Part shown: piece by piece, positions 1-10,705 of the stretch | Numbering within the stretch: the stretch's first letter is position 1 | Layout of the letters: each line of letters starts with the position of its first letter | Origin: Mycobacterium tuberculosis H37Rv | GTDB lineage: Bacteria; Actinomycetota; Actinomycetes; Mycobacteriales; Mycobacteriaceae | Length of the DNA stretch: 32,000 nucleotides | Direction: 5' to 3' | Assembly: GCF_000195955.2 (NCBI RefSeq) | Contig: NC_000962.3 | Coordinates: forward strand, 480,001-512,000 | Notes under the pieces: generated by a model | Seen by the model: only the letters and a program-made list of their open reading frames with translations | Told to the model about the DNA's origin: nothing | Database searches by the model: none | Program-made: the position numbers and the translations under genes

Positions 1-1
1 G

Positions 2-160
2 TGGCTGTGCACCATCGTGGTCGGCATGGTGTTACGCAAGGTCAGTTCGGCGGGTGTGGCCGCGAGTTTCGTCGTGGTCGCGTCCGCGGTCACCGCGGTG
101 CTGCTGCTGGGTTGGAGAGCCGCCGTTGCGCTGATGGCACCGCACCGCGCGGACGGCTGA
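2..160 (+). CDS. C-terminal 52 codons of a small transmembrane protein, 5' end outside the window (Rv0401-like)
   Basis: Frame 2 reads WLCTIVVGMVLRKVSSAGVAASFVVVASAVTAVLLLGWRAAVALMAPHRADG*, with a hydrophobic helix and a TGA at 158-160. The position fits Rv0401. Confidence 0.65.
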   Translation, partial: WLCTIVVGMVLRKVSSAGVAASFVVVASAVTAVLLLGWRAAVALMAPHRADG

Positions 161-354
161 GAAGGCCAAATGTCGTCGGGGTGTTCGCCGACCCCGGGAT
201 TTCCGACGTCCGCCTCCGTGCCCTCGAAGTCTCAGTACCGAGCCAGATTTCACGGTCGAGACCCCAACCAACAGGTCAGCGCGGTGCCACCGCGATCGTG
301 ATGTTGGCGCAGGTATGGGCCGCGACCTGTCGAGCTACGACCCGGGCCGTGCCG

Positions 355-3231
355 CTACTGCAGCAGCGCTGCGCGTTCCGCACTGAGCGCAGTGGTGCGA
401 CGAGGCCCGAGCACCTGGGGTTGTCGGGCTAGCCGATCCACCCGACGTGGCCACCAGAACCAGCGGCCGAGCAGAGTTGCCAGCGCAGGCGTCATGTAAG
501 ACCGGACAACGAGGGTGTCGAACAGCAATCCGATCATGATCGTGGTGCCGATTTGGCCGACGACGCGTAGATCGCTGGCCACCATCGAGCCCATGGTGAA
601 GGCAAACACCAGTCCGGCGATGGTGACCACTCGGCCGGTGCCGGCCATGGCTCGGATCATGCCGGTTTTGAGGCCGGCCCCGATTTCTTCTTGGAATCGG
701 GCTATCAAGAGCAGGTTGTAGTCGGATCCGACGGCCAACATGACAATGATGGCCATGGGCAGCACGAGCCAGTGCAGTGGCATATGCAGGATGTGCTGCC
801 AGATGAGGACCGACAATCCGAAGGCTGAGCCCAGCGAAAGGGCGACCGTGCCGACGATGACGGCGGATGCGACCACGCTTCTGGTGATGCCGAGCATGAT
901 GATGAAGATCAGGCAAAGCGACGCCACGACGGCGATCATGACGTCATACAGGGTGCCCTCGTGGATGTCTTTGTAGGTGGATGAGGTGCCCGCCAGATAG
1001 ATGCTGGCAGCCTGTAGCGGGGTTCCTTTCACGGCTTCGTCGGCGGCCTGCATGATGGGGTCGATGTGTGAGATGCCTTCAGCGCTCGCGGGATCACCCC
1101 GATGGGTGATGACGAATCGAGCGCAGGTGCCATCGGGGGATAGGAAGAGTTTCAGACCCCGCTGGAAGTCGGGGTTTTGGAAGGCCTCCGGTGGAAGGTA
1201 GAACGAGTCGTCGTTGTTGGCGGCGTCGAATGTTCGACCCATGACGGTGGCGTTGCGGGTCATGTCTTCCATTTGAGTGACCAGTCCGGAGAACGCGCTG
1301 GTCAGTGTTTGGGCAAGGTCTTTGACGGTTTGCATGGTGGCGATCGTGGGGTCCAGTTGGGCGAGTAGTTGCCGCTGTGTGGTGTCCATGCGTTCGGTGT
1401 CGTCGGTGAGGTTGGCAAGGTCCTCGGTGAGCTTGTCGACGTTATCCATGCTGTTCAACAAGGAGCGCATCGACCAGCAGATGGGAATGTCGAAGCAGTG
1501 GCGCTCCCAGTACGTGAAACTTCTGAGGGGGCGCCAGAAGTCGTCGAAATCGGCGATTCGATCGCGTAGTTCGTTGGCGTTGTCTCGCATCTGCCTGGTA
1601 TGAGCGTTCATATCATGGGTGGCATCGGTTAGCTGTCGCGTCAGCTCCTGGGTTCGCTGGGTGATGTCGATCATGCGTTGCAGTTGATCGGTAAGGGTGG
1701 ATAGATCAGCCACGCGGTCCTTGAGGTTCTGCAGGTTTTCGATGGTCATCGTGCTTTGCATGCCGAGCTGAAACGGGATCGACGAGTGGTCGATCGGAGC
1801 CCCCAACGGTCTGGTAATGCTTTGCACCCGCGCGATCCCCGGCGTATGGAAGACGGTTTTGGCGATCCTGTCCAGGATGAGCATGTCGGTCGGGTTACGC
1901 AGGTCGTGATCGGCCTCGACCATCAGGACCTCCGGTTCCATGCGGGCTTGCGGAAAGTGACGGTCTGATGCGAGGTAACCGATGTTGGATGGCGCCGCGC
2001 TGGGGATGTAGTAGCGCTCGTTGTAGTTGGTCTGGTATTTCGGCAAGGCGAGCAGTCCGATCAGCGCTATCAGCAGGGTGGCGGCCAAGACGGGGCCGGG
2101 CCATCGCACGACGACCGTGCCGATCCGGCGCCAACGCCGTTTCGTTGTCGCTCGTTTGGGGTCGAATAGCCCGAATCGGCTGGCAACGGCGATGATCGCG
2201 GGCGCCAGCGTCAGAGACGCCAACATCACCGTGACCAAACCGATCGCGCATGGCGATGCGAGGGTATTGAAGTAGGGTAGCCGGGTAAAGCCGAGGCAGT
2301 ACATGGCGCCGGCGACGGTGAGGCCAGATGCCAGGACCACGTGTGCCGTCCCACCAAACATGGTGTAGTAAGCGGCTTCTCGGTTCTGGCCAGTCGCACG
2401 TGCCTCTTGATAGCGTCCGACGAGAAAGATGATGTAGTCCGTCGAAGCCGCGATCGTGAGCGCCACCAACACGTTGACAGTGAATGTAGACAGGCCCATG
2501 AGGTCGTTGACGGCAAAAGTGGAGATGATGCCGCGGACCGCCAGCAGCTCGAGCCCGACCGTCAGCAGCATGATCAGAGCAGCAGAAAGCGAGCGGTAGG
2601 CGATGAACAACATGATCGCGATCACCGCAATGCTGATGCCGGTAATCGTGTGAAGGCTGCGGTCGCCGTATACAACTCGATCGGCGCCGAGTGGACCCGG
2701 GCCTGTCACGTAAGCCTTGATCCCCGGCGGCGGTGGCACGCTGTCCACGATGCGTTGCACGGCGGCGACAGACTCGTTGGCCTGCGAGCCGCCCTGATCA
2801 CCAGTGAGGTTCAGCTGGACATATGCTGCCTTGCCGTCAGCGCTCTGCGATCCCGCCGCGGTCAGCGGATCGCCCCAGAAGTTCTCAATGTGTTGGACGT
2901 GGGTGGTGTCTTGTGACAGCTTGGTCACTAGCACGTCATAGAAGCGGTGCGCCTCATCACCCAGCTTCTCTTGGCCCTCCAGCAGCACCATTGCAGTGGT
3001 GTCAGAATCGAATTGCTGAAAGTCCTTGCCGATGCGCTTCATGGCGATCAGTGACGGAGCATCGTGGGGGCCTAACGCCACCGAATGTGTCCTAGCGACC
3101 GACTGTAGCTGCGGCGCAACGACGTTCACCACAATAGTCAGCGCCACCCAGAACAGAATGATGGGTAGCGACAACGCATGGATCGTCCGGGCGGCGGCCG
3201 ACAGGTGCCCGGCTAGACGTTGGCTCCTCAC
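355..3231 (-). CDS. mmpL1: MmpL-family RND-type lipid transporter (958 aa from GTG at 3231)
   Basis: The ORF contains duplicated MMPL domains, Asp-Tyr pairs ([16 protein letters not shown] and [15 protein letters not shown]) and a large coiled-coil-like loop. It follows mmpS with a 4-nt overlap. Confidence 0.95.
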
Positions 3232-3656
3232 GCGGATTTCACCAGGCAACTGGTGTGCGCGTGGTAAGCATTCACAATGCGCTCCTCGCGGATCACCTCG
3301 TTGACAGTGATGCGACAGCCCAGGCTTGCACCGTCACCGCGGGCAACCACGTTGGCGACTACGGCGGTCAAGGTGGTCACGATGGTAAATGACCACGGGA
3401 CCGCGGCATTGACGACCTCATGCGGCTGGGCATCGGCATCCAGGTAATTGATGCTGGCGACCGTCCCTGGCGGGCCGAAGACCTCGTAGAGAACATGCTT
3501 CGGGTAAAACGCGATGATCGGGTCGAGGTTGCCGGTGTCGGGCGCATGTTGATGTGAGCCAAACACCGAGTGCAGCCGCGAGACCGTCACGGCCGCGACA
3601 GCCACAACGATGACTATCACCATCGGGATCCAGAAGCGTTTGGCAACGCCGAACAT
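3228..3656 (-). CDS. mmpS1: MmpS-family accessory membrane protein (142 aa)
   Basis: It has one N-terminal TM segment followed by a [13 protein letters not shown]...VPWSFTIVT MmpS domain. AGGAAGG lies just upstream of the ATG. Confidence 0.93.
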
Positions 3657-3814
3657 TTACCTTCCTGATTCCATCGCTTCAACAAGCCGCCGCGTGAGGA
3701 CGAACCCTACCGGGGAGACGCCACTCGTTGGGGCAGTTTTGTACACTCCGTTTACATCGTTTACGGCGAGGTCAAAAAATTTCGGTTAATCGTACAGGCT
3801 GCCGCTCGGTCATC

Positions 3815-3820
3815 TATAGT
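3815..3820 (+). promoter_or_regulatory. Putative -10 element TATAGT for the fadD30-pks6 transcript
   Basis: TATAGT lies about 7 nt upstream of an expected start near 3827, directly before the hairpin and leader ORF. No strong -35 was seen. Confidence 0.5.
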
Positions 3821-3833
3821 CATCGATCCAGAG

Positions 3834-3862
3834 CCGCTTCGACCAGCCTGTGGTCGAAGCGG
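3834..3862 (+). promoter_or_regulatory. Perfect 12-bp stem-loop in the putative 5' leader of fadD30
   Basis: CCGCTTCGACCA (3834-3845), loop GCCTG, TGGTCGAAGCGG (3851-3862). The arms are exact reverse complements. Confidence 0.7.
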
Positions 3863-3888
3863 ATCAGTTGAACCGGAGGAGTGGAAAC

Positions 3889-3960
3889 ATGAGCGGCCCG
3901 ACGGGAAATTCGATGCCCAGACAGCTCGGCGGCCTGGTGGCCAGGATCGTTACCGGGTAA
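3889..3960 (+). CDS. Candidate 23-aa leader peptide / uORF upstream of fadD30
   Basis: ATG at 3889 is preceded by GGAGGAG (3875-3881) with 7-nt spacing. It translates as [23 protein letters not shown] and ends in TAA 16 nt before the fadD30 ATG. Confidence 0.45.
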   Translation: MSGPTGNSMPRQLGGLVARIVTG

Positions 3961-3976
3961 GGGATCGCCACTCCCA

Positions 3977-5734
3977 ATGTCTGTTATATCCACGTTGCGC
4001 GACCGTGCGACCACGACTCCAAGCGACGAAGCCTTTGTGTTCATGGATTACGACACAAAAACCGGCGACCAAATTGACCGAATGACGTGGAGTCAATTAT
4101 ATTCTCGCGTCACCGCCGTGTCTGCGTATCTAATAAGTTATGGCCGGCATGCTGACCGACGAAGGACCGCAGCGATATCAGCTCCGCAAGGTCTGGACTA
4201 TGTTGCAGGATTTCTAGGAGCACTGTGCGCCGGATGGACGCCGGTTCCGTTACCAGAACCGCTGGGCAGCCTACGCGATAAGCGGACTGGACTGGCTGTA
4301 CTCGACTGTGCCGCCGACGTCGTGCTGACGACGTCGCAAGCCGAAACGCGGGTCAGGGCCACGATAGCTACACATGGGGCGTCTGTAACTACGCCGGTCA
4401 TAGCGTTGGATACATTGGACGAGCCATCCGGAGATAACTGTGATCTCGATTCTCAACTATCAGACTGGAGTTCGTATTTGCAGTATACTTCGGGTTCAAC
4501 GGCCAACCCCCGTGGTGTGGTTTTATCCATGCGTAACGTTACGGAAAATGTCGACCAAATTATCCGTAACTATTTTCGCCATGAGGGCGGCGCGCCGAGG
4601 TTGCCCAGCTCGGTCGTTTCGTGGTTGCCGCTTTACCATGACATGGGTTTAATGGTTGGCCTCTTTATTCCGTTGTTTGTCGGATGTCCGGTTATCCTGA
4701 CGAGCCCAGAGGCATTTATCCGTAAGCCTGCCAGATGGATGCAACTGCTTGCTAAACACCAGGCGCCATTTTCGGCCGCGCCGAACTTCGCATTCGATTT
4801 GGCCGTCGCTAAAACTTCCGAAGAGGACATGGCGGGGCTGGATTTAGGCCACGTAAATACAATAATCAACGGCGCGGAGCAGGTACAGCCAAATACAATA
4901 ACCAAATTCCTCCGCCGGTTCCGTCCCTACAATTTGATGCCCGCAGCGGTCAAGCCATCATACGGGATGGCTGAAGCGGTGGTTTACCTGGCGACGACGA
5001 AGGCGGGATCACCTCCAACGTCAACCGAGTTCGATGCTGATAGCTTGGCTCGAGGCCACGCGGAGCTAAGTACTTTCGAAACTGAGCGTGCAACGCGTTT
5101 AATACGCTACCACAGCGACGACAAGGAACCGTTGCTTCGGATTGTCGATCCGGACTCGAATATCGAGCTCGGACCGGGACGTATCGGCGAGATTTGGATT
5201 CACGGTAAGAATGTGTCTACCGGATATCACAATGCAGACGACGCGCTCAATCGAGATAAGTTCCAGGCCAGCATCCGGGAGGCCTCTGCGGGAACGCCAA
5301 GGTCGCCGTGGCTTCGCACGGGAGACTTGGGATTCATAGTAGGAGATGAGTTCTACATCGTCGGCCGTATGAAAGATCTCATTATCCAAGACGGTGTAAA
5401 CCATTATCCCGATGATATCGAAACTACGGTCAAGGAGTTTACCGGTGGCCGGGTCGCGGCATTTTCAGTATCCGACGACGGGGTGGAGCATTTGGTCATT
5501 GCGGCCGAGGTAAGGACTGAGCATGGGCCCGATAAAGTGACTATTATGGATTTCTCGACGATCAAAAGGCTGGTCGTATCGGCGTTGTCGAAATTACATG
5601 GCCTGCATGTAACAGATTTTCTTCTGGTACCGCCCGGGGCGCTACCGAAGACCACCAGCGGAAAGATTAGCCGGGCGGCATGCGCAAAGCAGTACGGAGC
5701 AAATAAGTTGCAACGAGTAGCAACGTTCCCATGA
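3977..5734 (+). CDS. fadD30: Fatty acyl-AMP ligase (FAAL-type FadD, 585 aa)
   Basis: AMP-binding motif [24 protein letters not shown] and the FAAL-like C-terminal [20 protein letters not shown]. It overlaps the downstream PKS by 4 nt. Confidence 0.93.
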   Translation: MSVISTLRDRATTTPSDEAFVFMDYDTKTGDQIDRMTWSQLYSRVTAVSAYLISYGRHADRRRTAAISAPQGLDYVAGFLGALCAGWTPVPLPEPLGSLRDKRTGLAVLDCAADVVLTTSQAETRVRATIATHGASVTTPVIALDTLDEPSGDNCDLDSQLSDWSSYLQYTSGSTANPRGVVLSMRNVTENVDQIIRNYFRHEGGAPRLPSSVVSWLPLYHDMGLMVGLFIPLFVGCPVILTSPEAFIRKPARWMQLLAKHQAPFSAAPNFAFDLAVAKTSEEDMAGLDLGHVNTIINGAEQVQPNTITKFLRRFRPYNLMPAAVKPSYGMAEAVVYLATTKAGSPPTSTEFDADSLARGHAELSTFETERATRLIRYHSDDKEPLLRIVDPDSNIELGPGRIGEIWIHGKNVSTGYHNADDALNRDKFQASIREASAGTPRSPWLRTGDLGFIVGDEFYIVGRMKDLIIQDGVNHYPDDIETTVKEFTGGRVAAFSVSDDGVEHLVIAAEVRTEHGPDKVTIMDFSTIKRLVVSALSKLHGLHVTDFLLVPPGALPKTTSGKISRAACAKQYGANKLQRVATFP

Positions 5735-8700
5735 CAGACGGTTCGGTCACTGCGGATAAGCTTCAAAAATGGTTTCGAGAGTACTTGTCCACGCATATCG
5801 AGTGTCATCCAAATGAGGTCAGCCTAGACGTTCCGATTAGAGATTTAGGTTTGAAATCGATTGATGTCTTAGCGATTCCCGGCGACCTCGGTGACAGATT
5901 TGGGTTTTGTATTCCCGATTTGGCCGTTTGGGATAATCCTAGCGCTAATGATTTGATTGATAGTCTGTTGAACCAGCGTAGTGCTGACTCGTTAAGAGAG
6001 AGTCATGGACACGCCGACAGGAACACGCAGGGTCGGGGCAGCATAAACGAGCCGGTTGCGGTCATCGGAGTGGGCTGTCGATTTCCGGGAGATATTGACG
6101 GCCCGGAACGGCTATGGGACTTTCTGACCGAGAAGAAGTGTGCGATAACAGCGTATCCAGATCGTGGGTTCACGAATGCTGGAACTTTCGCGGAGTCCGG
6201 AGGCTTTTTAAAGGATGTCGCGGGTTTCGATAATAGATTTTTTGATATCCCGCCGGACGAGGCTCTGCGAATGGATCCGCAACAACGGTTGTTACTGGAG
6301 GTCTCTTGGGAAGCGTTAGAGCATGCAGGAATTATTCCTGAGTCATTAAGACTTTCACGTACGGGCGTATTCGTTGGGGTGTCGTCAACTGACTACGTCC
6401 GGCTTGTGTCAGCTAGCGCTCAGCAAAAGTCTACTATTTGGGATAACACCGGCGGTTCTTCGAGTATTATTGCCAATAGAATCTCATACTTTCTCGATAT
6501 TCAGGGTCCGTCCATTGTCATTGACACGGCATGCTCGTCATCCCTGGTCGCCGTGCATCTAGCCTGTCGAAGTCTCAGTACCTGGGACTGCGATATCGCA
6601 CTTGTCGGTGGGACGAATGTTCTTATTTCACCAGAACCATGGGGTGGGTTTAGGGAAGCGGGCATCTTGTCGCAGACAGGCTGCTGTCACGCGTTCGATA
6701 AATCCGCCGACGGGATGGTACGCGGTGAGGGATGCGGAGTTATCGTGCTGCAGCGCCTCAGTGATGCACGCCTTGAGGGCCGGCGGATATTAGCGATTCT
6801 GACGGGTTCAGCGGTCAATCAGGACGGTAAGTCCAACGGTATTATGGCGCCAAATCCTAGTGCGCAAATTGGTGTTCTTGAAAATGCATGCAAGAGCGCT
6901 CGCGTCGATCCGCTGGAAATCGGCTACGTCGAGGCCCACGGGACCGGAACGTCGTTAGGGGATAGGATCGAGGCGCACGCCTTAGGCATGGTCTTTGGTC
7001 GCAAGAGACCGGGATCTGGGCCCCTGATGATCGGGAGCATCAAGCCGAATATCGGCCATCTGGAAGGTGCGGCTGGCATCGCCGGATTGATCAAGGCGGT
7101 GTTGATGGTTGAGCGTGGCTCGCTGCTTCCGAGCGGGGGGTTTACGGAGCCAAATCCAGCTATCCCATTCACGGAATTGGGCCTGAGAGTTGTAGACGAA
7201 CTTCAGGAGTGGCCGGTGGTGGCGGGTCGGCCGCGCCGGGCTGGGGTGTCATCGTTCGGCTTTGGCGGCACCAATGCGCATGTGATTGTCGAGGAAGCTG
7301 GTTCGGTTGGGGCGGACACGGTTTCGGGCCGCGCGGATGTTGGCGGTTCCGGTGGTGGGGTGGTGGCGTGGGTGATTTCGGGGAAGACGGCTTCGGCGTT
7401 GGCTGCTCAGGCGGGTCGGTTGGGGCGGTATGTGCGGGCTCGGCCGGCGCTTGATGTTGTTGATGTGGGGTATTCGTTGGTGAGCACGCGGTCGGTGTTT
7501 GATCATCGGGCGGTGGTGGTCGGCCAGACTCGCGATGAGTTGCTGGCTGGGTTGGCTGGGGTGGTTGCTGGTCGGCCGGAGGCTGGGGTGGTCTGCGGTG
7601 TTGGCAAGCCGGCGGGCAAGACGGCTTTTGTGTTTGCCGGTCAGGGCTCGCAGTGGCTGGGTATGGGTAGCGAGCTTTATGCTGCCTACCCGGTTTTCGC
7701 CGAGGCCCTCGATGCTGTGGTGGACGAGTTGGACCGGCACCTGCGGTATCCGCTGCGCGATGTGATCTGGGGGCACGACCAAGATCTGTTGAATACCACC
7801 GAATTCGCCCAGCCGGCGCTGTTTGCGGTGGAGGTGGCGCTGTATCGGCTGCTCATGTCGTGGGGGGTGCGGCCGGGTTTGGTGCTGGGTCATTCGGTGG
7901 GCGAGTTGGCCGCGGCGCACGTCGCCGGGGCGCTGTGTTTGCCGGATGCGGCGATGCTGGTGGCCGCGCGTGGACGGTTGATGCAGGCGTTGCCCGCCGG
8001 CGGCGCCATGTTTGCGGTGCAGGCCCGTGAAGACGAGGTAGCGCCGATGCTGGGGCACGATGTGAGCATCGCGGCGGTCAATGGTCCGGCTTCGGTGGTG
8101 ATCTCTGGTGCCCACGATGCGGTGAGCGCGATCGCTGATCGGCTGCGCGGCCAGGGCCGTCGGGTCCACCGGTTGGCGGTCTCGCATGCCTTTCACTCGG
8201 CGTTGATGGAGCCGATGATCGCTGAGTTCACAGCCGTTGCGGCCGAACTGTCTGTGGGCTTGCCCACGATCCCGGTCATTTCCAATGTGACCGGGCAGTT
8301 GGTGGCCGACGACTTCGCCTCAGCTGATTACTGGGCCCGGCATATCCGGGCGGTGGTGCGGTTTGGCGACAGTGTTCGTAGTGCCCACTGCGCCGGTGCC
8401 AGTCGTTTCATCGAAGTCGGGCCCGGTGGCGGCTTGACGTCGTTGATCGAGGCATCGCTGGCCGACGCGCAGATCGTGTCGGTGCCCACGCTGCGCAAAG
8501 ATCGGCCCGAACCGGTCAGTGTGATGACGGCGGCGGCCCAGGGCTTCGTCTCGGGGATGGGCCTGGATTGGGCCTCGGTGTTTTCCGGGTACCGGCCCAA
8601 GCGGGTGGAGTTGCCGACGTATGCCTTCCAGCATCAAAAGTTCTGGCTCGCACCAGCCCCATCGGTCAGCGACCCCACCGCCGCCGGCCAGATCGGGGCT

Positions 8701-9939
8701 AGCGATGGTGGTGCTGAACTCTTGGCGTCCTCCGGGTTTGCCGCCCGGCTGGCCGGTCGGTCGGCCGACGAGCAACTCGCCGCAGCGATCGAGGTGGTAT
8801 GTGAGCATGCCGCAGCGGTGCTGGGGCGCGACGGCGCTGCCGGACTCGACGCTGGCCAGGCGTTTGCCGATTCGGGATTTAATTCCTTGAGTGCCGTGGA
8901 GCTACGTAACCGCTTAACAGCCGTCACCGCAGTAACGCTGCCGGCCACCGCGATCTTCGATCACCCCACCCCGACCGAACTAGCCCAGTATCTGATCACC
9001 CAAATAGACGGTCACGGCAGCTCCGCCGCCGCAGCGGCAAACCCGGCGGAGCGAATCGATGCGCTCACCGATCTTTTTCTACAAGCTTGCGATGCGGGTC
9101 GGGATGCCGATGGTTGGAAGATGGTCGCCCTGGCGTCGAATACGCGCGAGCGCATGAGCTCACCGGTTCGGAACAACGTATCGAAGAACGTCGCACTGCT
9201 GGCAGATGGTATCTCCGATGTGGTTGTAATTTGTATCCCAACTCTAACTGTGCTATCGGATCAGCGTGAATATCGAGATATTGCGAATGCGATGACAGGC
9301 CGCCATTCGGTTTATTCGCTTACGCTTCCCGGGTTCGATTCGTCTGATGCACTGCCGCAAAACGCGGATATGATTGTTGAAACCGTATCTAACGCAATTA
9401 TTGATGTGGTAGGCGGCAGCTGCCGTTTTGTGCTGTCGGGCTATTCATCGGGTGGGGTGTTGGCCTATGCCCTCTGCTCCCATCTGTCGGTCAAGCACCA
9501 GCGGAATCCCCTCGGAGTCGCACTCATCGATACATATCTGCCTAGTCAGATCGCCAATCCTTCAATGAATGAAGGGTTCAGCCCCAACGATACTGGGAAG
9601 GGCCTTTCCCGTGAAGTAATTCGAGTGGCCAGAATGTTGAATCGGTTAACTGCCACCCGACTCACCGCGGCAGCCACCTATGCTGCAATCTTTCAGGCCT
9701 GGGAACCAGGTAGATCAATGGCTCCGGTTCTTAACATCGTGGCGAAGGACCGAATAGCTACCGTCGAAAATTTACGCGAAGAACGAATCAACCGGTGGCG
9801 AACTGCTGCTGCAGAGGCGGCCTATTCTGTAGCCGAAGTACCCGGGGATCATTTCGGAATGATGAGCACCTCGAGTGAGGCAATAGCTACCGAAATACAT
9901 GATTGGATTTCTGGGCTCGTTCGAGGGCCTCATCGGTAG
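5731..9939 (+). CDS. pks6: Type I polyketide synthase, ACP-KS-AT-ACP-thioesterase (1402 aa)
   Basis: ACP1 [10 protein letters not shown]; [35 protein letters not shown]; [27 protein letters not shown]; ACP2 [16 protein letters not shown]; TE GYSSGG with a C-terminal GDHFGM. No KR, DH or ER motifs were seen. Confidence 0.95.
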   Translation: MTDGSVTADKLQKWFREYLSTHIECHPNEVSLDVPIRDLGLKSIDVLAIPGDLGDRFGFCIPDLAVWDNPSANDLIDSLLNQRSADSLRESHGHADRNTQGRGSINEPVAVIGVGCRFPGDIDGPERLWDFLTEKKCAITAYPDRGFTNAGTFAESGGFLKDVAGFDNRFFDIPPDEALRMDPQQRLLLEVSWEALEHAGIIPESLRLSRTGVFVGVSSTDYVRLVSASAQQKSTIWDNTGGSSSIIANRISYFLDIQGPSIVIDTACSSSLVAVHLACRSLSTWDCDIALVGGTNVLISPEPWGGFREAGILSQTGCCHAFDKSADGMVRGEGCGVIVLQRLSDARLEGRRILAILTGSAVNQDGKSNGIMAPNPSAQIGVLENACKSARVDPLEIGYVEAHGTGTSLGDRIEAHALGMVFGRKRPGSGPLMIGSIKPNIGHLEGAAGIAGLIKAVLMVERGSLLPSGGFTEPNPAIPFTELGLRVVDELQEWPVVAGRPRRAGVSSFGFGGTNAHVIVEEAGSVGADTVSGRADVGGSGGGVVAWVISGKTASALAAQAGRLGRYVRARPALDVVDVGYSLVSTRSVFDHRAVVVGQTRDELLAGLAGVVAGRPEAGVVCGVGKPAGKTAFVFAGQGSQWLGMGSELYAAYPVFAEALDAVVDELDRHLRYPLRDVIWGHDQDLLNTTEFAQPALFAVEVALYRLLMSWGVRPGLVLGHSVGELAAAHVAGALCLPDAAMLVAARGRLMQALPAGGAMFAVQAREDEVAPMLGHDVSIAAVNGPASVVISGAHDAVSAIADRLRGQGRRVHRLAVSHAFHSALMEPMIAEFTAVAAELSVGLPTIPVISNVTGQLVADDFASADYWARHIRAVVRFGDSVRSAHCAGASRFIEVGPGGGLTSLIEASLADAQIVSVPTLRKDRPEPVSVMTAAAQGFVSGMGLDWASVFSGYRPKRVELPTYAFQHQKFWLAPAPSVSDPTAAGQIGASDGGAELLASSGFAARLAGRSADEQLAAAIEVVCEHAAAVLGRDGAAGLDAGQAFADSGFNSLSAVELRNRLTAVTAVTLPATAIFDHPTPTELAQYLITQIDGHGSSAAAAANPAERIDALTDLFLQACDAGRDADGWKMVALASNTRERMSSPVRNNVSKNVALLADGISDVVVICIPTLTVLSDQREYRDIANAMTGRHSVYSLTLPGFDSSDALPQNADMIVETVSNAIIDVVGGSCRFVLSGYSSGGVLAYALCSHLSVKHQRNPLGVALIDTYLPSQIANPSMNEGFSPNDTGKGLSREVIRVARMLNRLTATRLTAAATYAAIFQAWEPGRSMAPVLNIVAKDRIATVENLREERINRWRTAAAEAAYSVAEVPGDHFGMMSTSSEAIATEIHDWISGLVRGPHR

Positions 9940-10705
9940 CTTTGCGAATCGGCCCGTGCCACAGCTCGCCGTGACCAGGTGCCAGGATGTTGGTCTCTAG
10001 CAAAGCCAGCGCAGCCAGGCTGCGGATACTGTTCTGCTGGCTGTGGCTGAACACCGCGGGCAGTAGCTGTGGCCCGCGGTGACGCAACATCGGATGACCA
10101 GTGATCAGCGCATCGCCGCTGGCCAGCACACCGTCGACGACATACGAGCAGTGACCGCTGGTGTGTCCCGGGGTGAAAATCGCCATCGGTTGACCCGGCA
10201 GCCCGGCGGCCGCTTCGGCGGTCAGCGGCTGGGCGGTCGGAATGCCGTCGCCGGTCAGGCCGCCGCGGCGAAGCAAGTGAATACCCCAGACCGCCACACG
10301 GGGCCGCCAGCTGCGCAGCGCAACATCGAAAACCGAGGCATTCTCCCGGTATTCCCGCTTGGCGTGACCTACCTCCTCGGCGTGGCAGTACACCGGCGTG
10401 CTGTGCTCACGAGCAAACCAGATTGCCGAGCCCAGGTGGTCGATGTGCGCGTGGGTGAGCACGATGGCGCGCACGTCACCCGGTGTGTAGCCCAGTTTGT
10501 TCAGCGAGGCCAGCACCTCCGCACGGTCGCCGGGATAGCCGGCGTCGATCAGCAGCACGCCGGTGTCGTCGGTGACTAGCACCCAGTTGACCGCGTGGCC
10601 GCGAGCGAGGTGAACCTTGTCGGTGATCTGAACAAGCTCCGCCATGCCCGCGAGTCTAGGAGCGAGCGCGAGCGCGGCAAGCCGGGTGCCGCGGGTCGCG
10701 ACCAT
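9887..10705 (-). CDS. Metallo-beta-lactamase-fold hydrolase (272 aa as annotated-length ORF; start at 10645, 252 aa, looks more likely)
   Basis: It has a THAHIDHLG HxHxDH motif plus GHTSGHCSYV and GHGELWHG. The 3' end overlaps pks6 antisense by 53 bp. Matches Rv0406c. Confidence 0.88.
   Translation of the reverse strand: MVATRGTRLAALALAPRLAGMAELVQITDKVHLARGHAVNWVLVTDDTGVLLIDAGYPGDRAEVLASLNKLGYTPGDVRAIVLTHAHIDHLGSAIWFAREHSTPVYCHAEEVGHAKREYRENASVFDVALRSWRPRVAVWGIHLLRRGGLTGDGIPTAQPLTAEAAAGLPGQPMAIFTPGHTSGHCSYVVDGVLASGDALITGHPMLRHRGPQLLPAVFSHSQQNSIRSLAALALLETNILAPGHGELWHGPIRKATDEALERAQKSNHVFR

Noticed and set aside
3820-4044. 74-aa minus-strand ORF covering the fadD30 leader
   Set aside because: It has no identifiable Shine-Dalgarno and reads through both the hairpin and the fadD30 start. 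The plus-strand leader ORF has much better initiation signals.
7560-7600. GGTCGGCCGGAGGCTGGGGTGG-type G-rich stretches in pks6 considered as a tandem repeat or G-quadruplex
   Set aside because: They are imperfect and explained by Gly/Ala/Val-rich linker codons between KS and AT.
7249-8196. 315-aa antisense ORF inside pks6
   Set aside because: It lies opposite well-conserved AT-domain coding sequence. High third-position GC creates long antisense open frames, and the translation shows no recognisable domain.
8870-8895. Possible frameshift or inactivation of the second ACP (GFNSL instead of GFDSL)
   Set aside because: The reading frame is intact and the phosphopantetheine-accepting Ser is present. 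Asn for Asp alone does not show loss of function.
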